A stretch of 64,000 nucleotides of DNA from Bacilli bacterium (GTDB lineage: Bacteria; Bacillota_I; Bacilli_A; RFN20; CAG-826). This document shows positions 29,607 to 40,040 of the stretch, one piece after another. The stretch covers positions 20,329 through 84,328 of the forward strand of contig JBGVBY010000004.1 in NCBI GenBank assembly GCA_045226015.1, in the 5' to 3' direction. The translations under genes and the position numbers were made by a program. Every line of letters begins with the position of its first letter. Position 1 is the first letter of the stretch. The notes under the pieces are model-generated. The model did no database searches, was not told where the DNA came from, and saw only the letters and a list, made by a program, of their open reading frames with translations.

Positions 29607-31704
29607 AATATTTAATAAATGCAATTGTCACTGAATCAGTTGTTTGTGATTCTATTTTGAATGACCAACCAAGATTGCTTTTACTGTTTAAGGTATAAAT
29701 ATTACCAGTATCTTCAAACACTTCGTTTCTTGGGAATTGCTTTCCGTACGCTGTCATACCAAACTCACATCCAGTAGTAAATAAATCAGCGTTTGATAAA
29801 TATGATGAGTATCTATAATCAACATATATGTTATTTCTAATAAGTTGCAATAGATTAAATTCAGCGTATCTCTTATCTGCTTTTGCTAACTTAGAGACAT
29901 GGTCCATGTTTTCTCCATATGACGTATTAGAGAAAGCATGAATAGAATTAGCAATTGTCGCATTACTATAAACATTGGTGGTATAACTTCCACCTGTATT
30001 TCTCGTTAATCTCGCGTCCACATGCCATAAACGAACGCCGTACATTGTTGCACCACTAGGATATTCGCCTTCATTAGCGGGTTGATATTTATATAAAGTA
30101 TCAAAAGTGTTTAATCCAGTAGGAGAATAATATTCAAGAATAAGATATTCATCAAAGACAGATTCGTATGAATTCCAACTAGGAGTAAGGATAATCATTT
30201 GATTAGATTCTTGGAAAGTATTTAATTTGATTCTACAAGAGCTTGTAGGAATAATTGGATCTGCCCAACCCAATGATAAAACAGAATATGGATCATGACC
30301 TCCAACATTACTATCCTGCATAGAGAATCCTCCAACAGGGTTATATGCATGGTTATAGTCGTAATAATCTTCTAAACCGAATAAATGTCCGGTTTCATGA
30401 ATATAAGTATGTGGATCTAATAATGAATAATTTGTTGTTCCTTTATAATATGGGGCTCCAGTTCTATTAAAAGCAGTGTTAGAACCATACATAAAATCAT
30501 AACTTGCCCACATATATGCGCGTGGACGAGGTGCCGAAACAGAAGGAACATTACTATGCCATGTGCAATAAGCCCACAAATTTGATAATGAACGATACGT
30601 GGCATTTACTCCAACTGAATAATAATCAGGAGCGGCATATATCAAAATCACTCCATCAAGATAACCATCACCATCAGAGTCATAGTTTGTTCTTAAGTCA
30701 CTTGTATTATTAAAATACCAATCTGTCGCGGATTGAATAACATCGTCAGTTCTAACTTGTCCGTTATTCGCATCCCCAATATCACTAACGTAGTAATTTG
30801 CGTTATACCAATCACTAACTGTACCAGTTAGTCTTAATTTATCTTTGCTTTCAAAGTTGTAATAAGACGCTACTGATTGCCAACCAGTAGAAGATGATTC
30901 TCCAACAAAGAAAACACTATTAATGTCTTCAATTATGTTATTACGTTTATCAATTGGTAAATAATCACCTGAATCCTTAAGCCAAATTGGTAATACTAAA
31001 AATTTAACATCTCCAACACTAGGAGAGTTTTGAGTGCTTAAGGTTTTATATGTTTGATTAATCGTGTGCTTACTAGCAGCGTCACTAACAGAAATACTAT
31101 TTGAATTCTCAACATAATGAGACTCAGAATCTAATGCTGAAACAGTTAATGTTTTAACTCCACTTTCTTCATAGTAGAACTTATATTCTCCACTATTTTC
31201 GCCGTGATCAATGACAAAGTCATCAGTGTTACTATAAATGTTTAAATCAACATTATAGTTACTAGGACTAACAGAAATGTTAAGCGTTTCAATATCCATT
31301 GTCCTTGTTGATAAATTACTAAGTGTAACATCAATAGATGTAGCAAATATCATCTCTTCATCGACGTGAATATTAATTGCGTTAGATATAATCGCTCCTG
31401 ATTTAACACATACTTGATATGTACCACCAGAAACAAAATTAGCGTATGGATTAGAGGCTACTCCATTTATGGACATGGTTAACTCAACTGCATTCTTATC
31501 AATCTCTGTCATTAATCCGTTTGAGTAGACTGCATACACTTCTAAATCATTCTTTTCATAGAAGGATGATTCTTTATAATAAGCATTACGGTGATCTTTA
31601 ATATATAGACCACTAACGGTAGTAAAGAAGTCCTGGAACTTACCACATCCAGGAAGTAATAATCCTAATAAACTAATAAGAACTAAAGTATTACGTTTCT
31701 TCAT
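29605..31704 (-). CDS. Lipoprotein M6-family (immune inhibitor A-like) metalloprotease
   Basis: Lipobox LPGC, Ig-like N-terminal modules, DSDGDGYLD, HETGHLFGLEDYYD, LGW motif. Confidence 0.85.
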   Translation of the reverse strand: MKKRNTLVLISLLGLLLPGCGKFQDFFTTVSGLYIKDHRNAYYKESSFYEKNDLEVYAVYSNGLMTEIDKNAVELTMSINGVASNPYANFVSGGTYQVCVKSGAIISNAINIHVDEEMIFATSIDVTLSNLSTRTMDIETLNISVSPSNYNVDLNIYSNTDDFVIDHGENSGEYKFYYEESGVKTLTVSALDSESHYVENSNSISVSDAASKHTINQTYKTLSTQNSPSVGDVKFLVLPIWLKDSGDYLPIDKRNNIIEDINSVFFVGESSSTGWQSVASYYNFESKDKLRLTGTVSDWYNANYYVSDIGDANNGQVRTDDVIQSATDWYFNNTSDLRTNYDSDGDGYLDGVILIYAAPDYYSVGVNATYRSLSNLWAYCTWHSNVPSVSAPRPRAYMWASYDFMYGSNTAFNRTGAPYYKGTTNYSLLDPHTYIHETGHLFGLEDYYDYNHAYNPVGGFSMQDSNVGGHDPYSVLSLGWADPIIPTSSCRIKLNTFQESNQMIILTPSWNSYESVFDEYLILEYYSPTGLNTFDTLYKYQPANEGEYPSGATMYGVRLWHVDARLTRNTGGSYTTNVYSNATIANSIHAFSNTSYGENMDHVSKLAKADKRYAEFNLLQLIRNNIYVDYRYSSYLSNADLFTTGCEFGMTAYGKQFPRNEVFEDTGNIYTLNSKSNLGWSFKIESQTTDSVTIAFIKY

Positions 31705-31744
31705 AGTTAAAATCATTTTATCGCAATTAGTTATTTATATAAAT

Positions 31745-31770
31745 AGAAAAGACCTTTTACAAGGTCCTTC
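31745..31770 (-). terminator. Intrinsic terminator of the clostripain-domain gene
   Basis: GGACCTT-GTAA-AAGGTCT-TTTCT. Confidence 0.6.
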
Positions 31771-31790
31771 CAGTTATATTGATGTAATAA

Positions 31791-34334
31791 TTAGCCTACT
31801 AAAGCATGCCACTTTGTGAAGTTTGTATCACTAGAGTTATACTCAACATAGTTATCTGTGCCATCAGTAAGAATTGGTAAGACAACACATAAGCCATTAC
31901 TTTCTCCGGCTTCGTCACCTTTCGCGTTATGTCCAATCAAATTAGAGAGAATAGCTAATAAGCCTTCAATATCGGTTTTAACAGTAGAGAATGAACTATT
32001 ATCATGTAATTGATTTAATAAATCAATAACATCAAATGTTCCATATTCATAATAACCATGCATTAGGTAATAACCTTGGGTGTATGTAAACCAGCTAGAT
32101 GGATATCCATAAGAAAGATATGTTTGATATGCACTTGAATCACACCATGTATCAGCGTAGTTCTTGACCTTATCTTTAGCAGCGCTTCTTAAAGCATCAG
32201 CTTTACCACTTAATTTACCAGCAAAGGTTTCCCACGCATTTTTATAAGATTCCATATAAGAGAGATTTAACCAGGATAATGTTTGATCGTTATCATATTG
32301 AGAACCATATTCATCTTCAAATGCTTGAATAAATCCATCACAACAAGCACTTAAGATAGTTTGTGTGTCTTTACCAGCATATAAATCGTCTAACCAAGTG
32401 TTATATGCCCAACCTTCACCAGCTTCGCTTTCTTCAGCGGCAATCATGTAATTGAAGTAATGACTGTTAAGTTCTGCGATATCTTGAACTTGCATTAAGC
32501 AGCAGTCATAACCAACCCATTCGAGTTTACCACTAATACTATTAGTGGAGAACGCAGAAGCAAATGCATTATTCGCTTCACTTGGTGTTAAACCATCATT
32601 GCTATATTTTTCATCAAAGCAGCATCCAGACATAGCGCCACCATGGTTCCAGAAGATAACAGCGGTCTTTTCAGCAGGATAATCTTTTAATCCCCAGTTA
32701 AGGAAACTCTTAAAGGTTTCTTCGTTACCCATAGAAGCCTTGGTTATTTCTTTCTTATTGGTGATTTGTTGATTTCTAATCTCAAATCTTGTTAAAGCGT
32801 TAGATGAAATACTATATTTCTTCCAGCTTGATGCTCCACCGGTTTCAACGATGATGTTAACATCATCTGGTTGACCAGAAACACTTAAAATTTCAGTTAA
32901 GTCAGCCGAAGCAAAACCGTTTTGGCTTTCTAAATCAGCACCGCACATATAAATCATAATGGTCCAAGCATCGAGTTTGGTTTCAACGATTGTAACCACT
33001 AATGAATCTTTAATGGATGTATCACTCTTTAATGTAGCGGTAATTGTCGCAGTTGCGCCAATTGAAGCAGTTGTAGAAGCGGTTAATAAACCACTACTAG
33101 AAACTGAGACAACAGATGAGTTACTACTTGACCAGGTAACATCTAAGTTTTGGTTAGCGTTACTTGGAGTGTAGCTAACATTTAATTGTTTTGTTTGACC
33201 ATTCATCATTTCTAAGTCACTACCAATACTAATCGCAGTTGGATCAGTAGGAACTTCAGGAATATCTAAGTGATAGAGTTGGAAGTTCTTAGTTTGACTT
33301 GATGAAGAAGAATAATTAGAAAATCTTGGAGAACTAGTATTGTAAAGTAATTCACAATATTCGTTATCAATAACAACGTTATTACCACTGAAAGAAATGC
33401 TCCATGTAGAATCTTCTTGAGAGTTCCATGCTAAATCATTTTTATAGTAATAAGTAAGAAGTCCATAACTTGATGTGAATGTCCAAGAATCTTCACTTCC
33501 ACCTAATGTAAATTGAACTGCACCGCTAGATAAGCTTGTGATCTTTCCACTACTAACGGTTTGGCTAACAGCAGATAAATATGTTGAACTAGTGCCTGTG
33601 ATATTACCGGCAACTTTACCAGCGGATTCATAAACGAATACGTACTTATCACCAGCTTTTAATTTGGAGGTGTCAGTAACTCTAACCCATTCATCGCCAG
33701 TTACAGGTGTTGAATCCTTAACTGTAATGTTACATGTAGCGGTTTTATTGCCGTCATTAGTTTTAACAGTAATGGTAGCGCTACCAGCTGCTTTAGCAGT
33801 AACTGTGCCATTACTAACAGTAGCAACAGTTGTATTACTACTTGACCATCTAACTGTTTTATCAGTCGCATTACTTGGTAAAACTGTTGCAGATAATGAA
33901 ACAGTTCCTCCAACATTCACTTCAGCGCTGCTCTTATTTAAAGAAACAGAATTAACATGAACTACATCGTTTGTAACAGTAACAGAGCATAACGCACTAA
34001 CGTCTTTATTAGAAACGCTTGTAGCGATGATACTAGCGGTACCAGCTTTATAACCAACAACTTTACCATTAACATATTTGGCAACAGTGGAATCCGAAGA
34101 ACTCCAAGTTACTTCTTTATTAGTAGCGTTAGAAGGTAAACATGTCGCAGTTAAATTTTTTGCTTCGCCGACAGCAACAGTGAGAGATGATGAAGATAAT
34201 GAAATTGATGTAACATCAACGGTTTGTCCTGGATCTACCGGATCAGTAGGTGTAGATGATGAATTACCACCAAAAGAACAACTAGAAATGGCCAGTAAAG
34301 CAGAGACAACAAAGATAGTTGCAAATTTTTTCAT
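31791..34334 (-). CDS. Lipoprotein with three Big_2 Ig-like repeats and a C-terminal clostripain (C11) peptidase
   Basis: Lipobox ISSC; PSNATNK.V.WSSS repeats; WTIMIYMCGADLES; catalytic NHGG and YDCCLM. Confidence 0.88.
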   Translation of the reverse strand: MKKFATIFVVSALLAISSCSFGGNSSSTPTDPVDPGQTVDVTSISLSSSSLTVAVGEAKNLTATCLPSNATNKEVTWSSSDSTVAKYVNGKVVGYKAGTASIIATSVSNKDVSALCSVTVTNDVVHVNSVSLNKSSAEVNVGGTVSLSATVLPSNATDKTVRWSSSNTTVATVSNGTVTAKAAGSATITVKTNDGNKTATCNITVKDSTPVTGDEWVRVTDTSKLKAGDKYVFVYESAGKVAGNITGTSSTYLSAVSQTVSSGKITSLSSGAVQFTLGGSEDSWTFTSSYGLLTYYYKNDLAWNSQEDSTWSISFSGNNVVIDNEYCELLYNTSSPRFSNYSSSSSQTKNFQLYHLDIPEVPTDPTAISIGSDLEMMNGQTKQLNVSYTPSNANQNLDVTWSSSNSSVVSVSSSGLLTASTTASIGATATITATLKSDTSIKDSLVVTIVETKLDAWTIMIYMCGADLESQNGFASADLTEILSVSGQPDDVNIIVETGGASSWKKYSISSNALTRFEIRNQQITNKKEITKASMGNEETFKSFLNWGLKDYPAEKTAVIFWNHGGAMSGCCFDEKYSNDGLTPSEANNAFASAFSTNSISGKLEWVGYDCCLMQVQDIAELNSHYFNYMIAAEESEAGEGWAYNTWLDDLYAGKDTQTILSACCDGFIQAFEDEYGSQYDNDQTLSWLNLSYMESYKNAWETFAGKLSGKADALRSAAKDKVKNYADTWCDSSAYQTYLSYGYPSSWFTYTQGYYLMHGYYEYGTFDVIDLLNQLHDNSSFSTVKTDIEGLLAILSNLIGHNAKGDEAGESNGLCVVLPILTDGTDNYVEYNSSDTNFTKWHALVG

Positions 34335-34477
34335 AATGTATATTCCTTTATAATAATATCTTACTTCTAAAGTAAGAGTTTATATTACACTTTTTTGAAT
34401 TTACGTGTAAGCGTTTTTTTAATTATTTTCGTACACGTATATTTTATATCGATTTAATCAAATAAAACTAAAACATA

Positions 34478-34506
34478 TAAAAAGAACCAAGTATTTGACT
34501 TGGTCC
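34478..34506 (-). terminator. Intrinsic terminator of oppBCDF
   Basis: GACCAAGT-CAAAT-ACTTGGTT-CTTTTT. Confidence 0.65.
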
Positions 34507-34513
34507 AATTCTT

Positions 34514-36022
34514 TTATTTAAGTTTTTCTTTGTATTTAGCAAGTTCTTCACTATTGGCAAGTACCCAGTGACCTGGAACAATCTCTACGAGTTTAGGAGC
34601 TTCTTTAGAGTAATCATGTTCTTTACTAGGAACATAAAGATATCTAACTCTCTTCTTTTCGGTAAGAGGATCTGGTTTAGGAATAGCAGAGAGAAGTGCA
34701 TGAGTATATGGGTGAAGTGGATGAGCGAATAGTTCATCACTACTAGCAAGTTCCACGATTTCTCCATAATACATAACCGCGATACGATCACAGAAGTATT
34801 TAACAACTGATAAATCGTGAGCGATAAAGAGCATTGTTAATCCCATCTCTTCTTTTAAATCATTAAGAAGATTAATAATTTGGGCTCTAATAGAAACGTC
34901 AAGAGCAGAGATAGGTTCGTCACAAATTAAGAATCTTGGATTCATAACGAGGGCTCTAGCAATACCAATACGTTGACGTTGTCCACCAGAGAATTCATGA
35001 GGATAACGAGAAGCATATTCGGGAAGTAATCCGACCTTGATAAGAACATCTCTAACCTTTTGAGAATTCTTGTATCTATTGTATTGACCTTGGATGTGGA
35101 GACCTTCTTGAATGATGTCTTCAACAGTCATACGTGGATCAAGAGAATCGACTGGGTCTTGGAAGATCATTTGCATACCGCTCATGAGCTTCTTATCAAC
35201 ATGACGATTGTCGTATTTGATTTGGGCAATAGCTTCGATTTGTTCCTTCTCAACTTCGCTAATATGATCCTTAATTTGTTTGATCTCATTAGCGTAGTTT
35301 TGTTTGATTTCTTCAATTTTTAGGCGGGTTTCGTCGCTAATTTCCGCTTTTTTGCTCTCTTTATACTGTTTTTTAAGTTCTTCTAATTGAGCGTGTAAAT
35401 TCTCAAGTTTGACCTTTCTAATTTCAGCTTCAGAAGAGAACTCGTTATTGATTTCTTCCATCTTACTTGAAAGAGCATTTTCATCGTTAATGTTATTCTC
35501 ATATTGGCTGACACGATCTTTATATTCGTTTTTAAGATCAACCATTTCTCTTTCAATTTTGTTCACTTCTTGAGTGATTTCTTCAATCTTAGAAATGGCA
35601 CCTGTAGTATCAAGGAGTTTAAGAATTTCGTCTTTCTCTTCTTTCTTTAATTCCTTAATTTTTCTACGGCCTTTAATCTTGCTCCACTTGATTTCTTTTT
35701 CATTCCATCTACTACCAGCAGAAGTTCTTCTACCTTCAAAGTAAACGGAACCGCTAGTGACGTTATAAAGTCTAATTAAAGAACGACCAGTTGTAGTTTT
35801 ACCACATCCAGATTCTCCAACTAAGCCGAAACATTCACCTTTTTTGATATCAAAGGAAACGTCATGAACAGCTTTAGTCTTAAAAGCACTACGGCCATGA
35901 CCAAATTTAAAGAATTGTTTTAAGTGTCTAACTGATAATTCAATATCATTATCAACTAGTTCTTGTCTAAAGGTAGGAGTTCTATGTTTGAATTTTGCTT
36001 TTACGCGATACACTAAATTCAT
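34514..36022 (-). CDS. oppF: Oligopeptide ABC ATPase with a coiled-coil insertion
   Basis: GESGCGKT, QMIFQDP, YPHEFSGGQRQR, HPYT. Confidence 0.92.
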   Translation of the reverse strand: MNLVYRVKAKFKHRTPTFRQELVDNDIELSVRHLKQFFKFGHGRSAFKTKAVHDVSFDIKKGECFGLVGESGCGKTTTGRSLIRLYNVTSGSVYFEGRRTSAGSRWNEKEIKWSKIKGRRKIKELKKEEKDEILKLLDTTGAISKIEEITQEVNKIEREMVDLKNEYKDRVSQYENNINDENALSSKMEEINNEFSSEAEIRKVKLENLHAQLEELKKQYKESKKAEISDETRLKIEEIKQNYANEIKQIKDHISEVEKEQIEAIAQIKYDNRHVDKKLMSGMQMIFQDPVDSLDPRMTVEDIIQEGLHIQGQYNRYKNSQKVRDVLIKVGLLPEYASRYPHEFSGGQRQRIGIARALVMNPRFLICDEPISALDVSIRAQIINLLNDLKEEMGLTMLFIAHDLSVVKYFCDRIAVMYYGEIVELASSDELFAHPLHPYTHALLSAIPKPDPLTEKKRVRYLYVPSKEHDYSKEAPKLVEIVPGHWVLANSEELAKYKEKLK

Positions 36023-37803
36023 TATTTCTTTCCTCCTTTATTCGCTTTTAAAGAAGCTTCAATACGAGCTTTAACAATCTTTGGCATTTCCACTTTTGGT
36101 GCACGAGGATCTAATAACCACGTAGCAGCATAGTGAGTATCACTAATCTTAAACATTGGTGGCTCTTTCTTAAAGTCAATCGCTAAAGCGTATTTAGAAC
36201 GTAAAGCGAAGGCATCACCAACAGGTGGATAAATCATGTTAGGTGGGGTACCAGGAATAGCTTCAAGTTTTTCTTTGCTATTAATATCTGGAATAGATGA
36301 TAATAAGGCCCATGTATATGGATGACGTGGATCATAGAAGATATCATCTTCTGTACCATATTCAACAATCTTACCAGCGTACATAACCGCAACACGGTCC
36401 GCCATATTAGCAACAACACCTAAATCGTGAGTAATAAAGATAACAGAAATGTTTCTCTCTTTCTTCAAGCGATTAATGAGTTCAAGGATTTGCGCTTGAA
36501 TGGTAACGTCTAGAGCGGTTGTTGGTTCATCACAAATAAGAATATCTGGGCTAGCAGTTAAAGCAATCGCAATAACGATTCTTTGTCTCATACCACCAGA
36601 GAATTCAAATGGGTATTGTCTAAATCTCTTTTCAGGATTAGAAATACCAACTTCTTTCATGATTTCAAGCGCTCTAGCTTTAGCTTCTGCTCTAGTAATC
36701 TTTTTAGAAGAAACATATTCTCTACGAGCATCTTTAAGTAACTTAGATTTCTCTTCAGCTGGTGCGTCACTATTATTAATTTCTGCACATTTAGAAAGAT
36801 ATTTTTCTTTAATATTCTTAGAATATTCTTTGACTTCCAGTTTTGCGGATTTACATCTCGCTTTATAAGCAGTCTTTGTTTCTTGAATTAAAGGAACATA
36901 TTTTGCTTTTAATTCATCCTTAGATGAAGAAGAATTGGTCTTAACATCATTAATGAGATTTTTATATTTCTCTTTAACTTCAAGTTTCTTGCCTTTAGAA
37001 GCAGCTTTATTTTCCTTATATTCTTTACGGATTTCTGCTTTATCAACCTTATATTGAGATTTGACTTCAAAGATTTTGTTATCTCTAAGAGCTTTTAAAG
37101 CATCAATCTTGTCATGAATCTCTTCCGCATTTAAAGATTCATCTTTACCAAGATTCTTTAATTCTTGTTTATAAGGTTTAACTTCTAATTTGTATTCATC
37201 TTTAGCCTCTAAAATCTTGCCATCTTTATCAAGTTTAAGAGTGTAGAATTTGCCGCTTTTAATCATGCTTGGCTCATTTTTAGTGTGCTCAAGATCTTTT
37301 TTACGTTCGCCTTTTAAGAATTCGATTCTTTCTTTAGCGGCGTTTCTTAAAGTACGATATTCAGTTTTCGCGTTCTTATAGGCCACCATTTCTGGAGCAA
37401 CTAAATCATCATAGACTTTTTTAAGTCTATTGTTATTGATGAGCATCGCTTCAGTAATTTGTTTACCAATACGAACGATCGGGTTAAGTGATGATAAAGG
37501 ATCTTGGAAGATCATACCAATCTTATGACCACGAATTCTATGGAATTCATCTTCACTAACTTTGGTTAAATCTTCACCTTCATACATGATAGAACCATTC
37601 ATGATTCTACCGTTTGCACTTAAAATACCCATGATGGTTTTACTAGTAACGGATTTACCACTACCAGATTCACCAACGATACATAAGGTTTCTCCTTTAT
37701 ATAAATCAAAGGAAACACCTCTAACAGCTTGTACATAACCGTGGTCTGTGGAGAAGTTGACCTTAAGATCTTTAACAGATAAAACAATTTCTTTATTTTC
37801 CAT
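36022..37803 (-). CDS. oppD: Oligopeptide ABC ATPase with a Lys/Glu-rich insertion
   Basis: GESGSGKS, FQDPLSSLNP, YPFEFSGGMRQR, HPYTW. Confidence 0.92.
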   Translation of the reverse strand: MENKEIVLSVKDLKVNFSTDHGYVQAVRGVSFDLYKGETLCIVGESGSGKSVTSKTIMGILSANGRIMNGSIMYEGEDLTKVSEDEFHRIRGHKIGMIFQDPLSSLNPIVRIGKQITEAMLINNNRLKKVYDDLVAPEMVAYKNAKTEYRTLRNAAKERIEFLKGERKKDLEHTKNEPSMIKSGKFYTLKLDKDGKILEAKDEYKLEVKPYKQELKNLGKDESLNAEEIHDKIDALKALRDNKIFEVKSQYKVDKAEIRKEYKENKAASKGKKLEVKEKYKNLINDVKTNSSSSKDELKAKYVPLIQETKTAYKARCKSAKLEVKEYSKNIKEKYLSKCAEINNSDAPAEEKSKLLKDARREYVSSKKITRAEAKARALEIMKEVGISNPEKRFRQYPFEFSGGMRQRIVIAIALTASPDILICDEPTTALDVTIQAQILELINRLKKERNISVIFITHDLGVVANMADRVAVMYAGKIVEYGTEDDIFYDPRHPYTWALLSSIPDINSKEKLEAIPGTPPNMIYPPVGDAFALRSKYALAIDFKKEPPMFKISDTHYAATWLLDPRAPKVEMPKIVKARIEASLKANKGGKK

Positions 37804-40040
37804 TATTCATCTTCTCCTTTCAAACTTGGGTTAATCGCATCACGTAATCCATTACCAAACAAGTTAAATGAAATCATCACAAGGGCAATAACTACAGATG
37901 GGAATAGTAATTGATATGGGTGATCAAATAGTTGTGATTGGTTATCTGACAAGATAACACCTAAACTACTCATTCCCTTAAATCCTAATCCTAAATAAGA
38001 GATGGTTGCTTCAGAGAAGATAACACTAGGAATCATTAAGACTGCACCAGTGATAATTGTACCCATCGCGTTAGGAAGGATGTGTTTTGCAATAAGTCGA
38101 GCGTCGCTCGCGCCTAATGTACGAGACGCAAGAACATATTCTCTACCTCTAAATCTATAGAACTGTGTACGAGTTGTACTAGCAGTGCCAATCCAACCAG
38201 TCAAACATAAGGCAATTGCAAATGTCACGAATGTTTGTCCAGCTTTTAATATGATAAGTGTCATTAAGACAATCCATGGTAAACCACTAAGAATATCAGT
38301 GATACGTTCCATAACTAAGTCGACAGTACCACCGAAGTAACCACTAATAGCACCATAGATTAAGCCGAAAACGAAGCAGACTGCGAAGGTAATAACACCA
38401 AGTAATAAGGAGTTTCTTAAACCTTCGAAGACATATTTGAACATGTCGTATCCACTATTATCAGTACCAAAGAGGAACTTTGGCATGCTGGTTCTACCAA
38501 GCATCTTATAGTTAAGAACAGATAACTTAATATCCCAAGATGTATAACCAATATCGGTAGTTTGACCAATAGATACATCATCTGGAGTTAATCCAACAAT
38601 TGAACTAACAATAATTGGGCATCTATCGTTATAAACAACAATGATATTGCCGTTATGTGCATCACAGAATTCATTCCATGCATCAACATCAACGATAGGA
38701 TCTTCAGCGGATTCATAATCAAGTACAATACCATAATCAATCCAACCATAAGCTTTCCAATCATCTAATGTTGATTCACCGATATAGGCAACTCTAGGTC
38801 CAAATGCAGCAGCATATGAATCATATTTAAATGAAGCATACACACATTTGCCAAGATAGACACCAGAGAAATATCTGTCACTTGGAGTTGTCCAATAACC
38901 GATATTTGTGTAAGTAAGCATCTCGGTTTTCATTGTGGTTTTACGAGATGTGAATTCCATAGCGTTATTAAAACTAATACCAACAATATCAACCATATCT
39001 CCAGACAAGGTTTCAACTTTAGTAATTTCACTAGAGAAGAAGGCTTGTTGTTTTATATCATCAGAGTTAGTTGTAATCTCTAAATTTCTAACAAGCGCAC
39101 AAATGTTCTTATCGGCGTCTAAATCACTATCAGGAATAACTCTTAATCTGAAATAGAAATCACTGATAATTCTTTCTTTTTTATCAGGATCTGGATCAGT
39201 GTTGTCTCTAATGATTTTACTGATATCAATTGGATCTGTTTCACTTGCGTCTAAACTTGGATCATTAACTCCAATGTTATGAGCTTGCTTATATTCAGTA
39301 ATTTCAAGAATTGTATCTTCGGTTTCACCAGGTTTATGGAAAACGAATTCAAGTGCAACTTTACCAATTGAGAAATTAACAGGTGCAGTTGCTCCTGGAG
39401 CGTATTCTTGAAGTTTTGCCAAATCAGCAGTATCAAACTTAGTTAAAAGAAGTTGATCAACATCAGCATCTAATGTGAATGAAACATAACTTAATTCAGC
39501 AGGAGAACAAGACTCCATAGTGGCTTCAGTGGCTTTATATTCAGAATAATAACCAAATTCAAGATAGCCATCTTTACCATATTTAGAAGGGTTGTTTGTC
39601 AACACTTCACCAGTATATTGAATGGTGTCTTGTTGAATACCTTCTAAAGTATAGTTATCTGGATCAGGAAGTCCTGTTTCAGTATCAATAGCAGCTTCTT
39701 TAACAAGCTTAGTGCCATCCCAGAATCCACCACCATCAAATAATTTTGGTTCGAGGTTTTTGTATTCAGGGGCTAAAGAACCACTAACTTTTTCACTACT
39801 GAAAATTGGGACAAAGATAGATAAGAGGACTAAGGCGCCTAAAATATAAGCAGCAACGACAGAACTCTTATTCTTTCTAAATCTCTTAAGGGAATCTTTA
39901 AAGAATGTTGTTGGCTTTGTTTGGAATTTTTGTTCGTGAATGGAATCGTCAGCGACCGCGAGAGTGAAATCTTCTTTTTTGATTTCAGGATCACGGGCTT
40001 CTTCTGGAAGTTCTACTAATTCAAAATCTTTGTCTTCCAT
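37803..40040 (-). CDS. oppC: Oligopeptide ABC permease with a very large extracellular insertion
   Basis: OppC_N (FRKNKSSV), FGTDNSGYD, EAA loop ASRTLGAS, FNLFGNGLRDA. Confidence 0.9.
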   Translation of the reverse strand: MEDKDFELVELPEEARDPEIKKEDFTLAVADDSIHEQKFQTKPTTFFKDSLKRFRKNKSSVVAAYILGALVLLSIFVPIFSSEKVSGSLAPEYKNLEPKLFDGGGFWDGTKLVKEAAIDTETGLPDPDNYTLEGIQQDTIQYTGEVLTNNPSKYGKDGYLEFGYYSEYKATEATMESCSPAELSYVSFTLDADVDQLLLTKFDTADLAKLQEYAPGATAPVNFSIGKVALEFVFHKPGETEDTILEITEYKQAHNIGVNDPSLDASETDPIDISKIIRDNTDPDPDKKERIISDFYFRLRVIPDSDLDADKNICALVRNLEITTNSDDIKQQAFFSSEITKVETLSGDMVDIVGISFNNAMEFTSRKTTMKTEMLTYTNIGYWTTPSDRYFSGVYLGKCVYASFKYDSYAAAFGPRVAYIGESTLDDWKAYGWIDYGIVLDYESAEDPIVDVDAWNEFCDAHNGNIIVVYNDRCPIIVSSIVGLTPDDVSIGQTTDIGYTSWDIKLSVLNYKMLGRTSMPKFLFGTDNSGYDMFKYVFEGLRNSLLLGVITFAVCFVFGLIYGAISGYFGGTVDLVMERITDILSGLPWIVLMTLIILKAGQTFVTFAIALCLTGWIGTASTTRTQFYRFRGREYVLASRTLGASDARLIAKHILPNAMGTIITGAVLMIPSVIFSEATISYLGLGFKGMSSLGVILSDNQSQLFDHPYQLLFPSVVIALVMISFNLFGNGLRDAINPSLKGEDE

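Noticed and set aside
34400-34445. cre-like TGTAAGCGTT and CGTA-NN-CGTA words, also seen near 49939
   Set aside because: Only half of a cre consensus, and too short to be significant.
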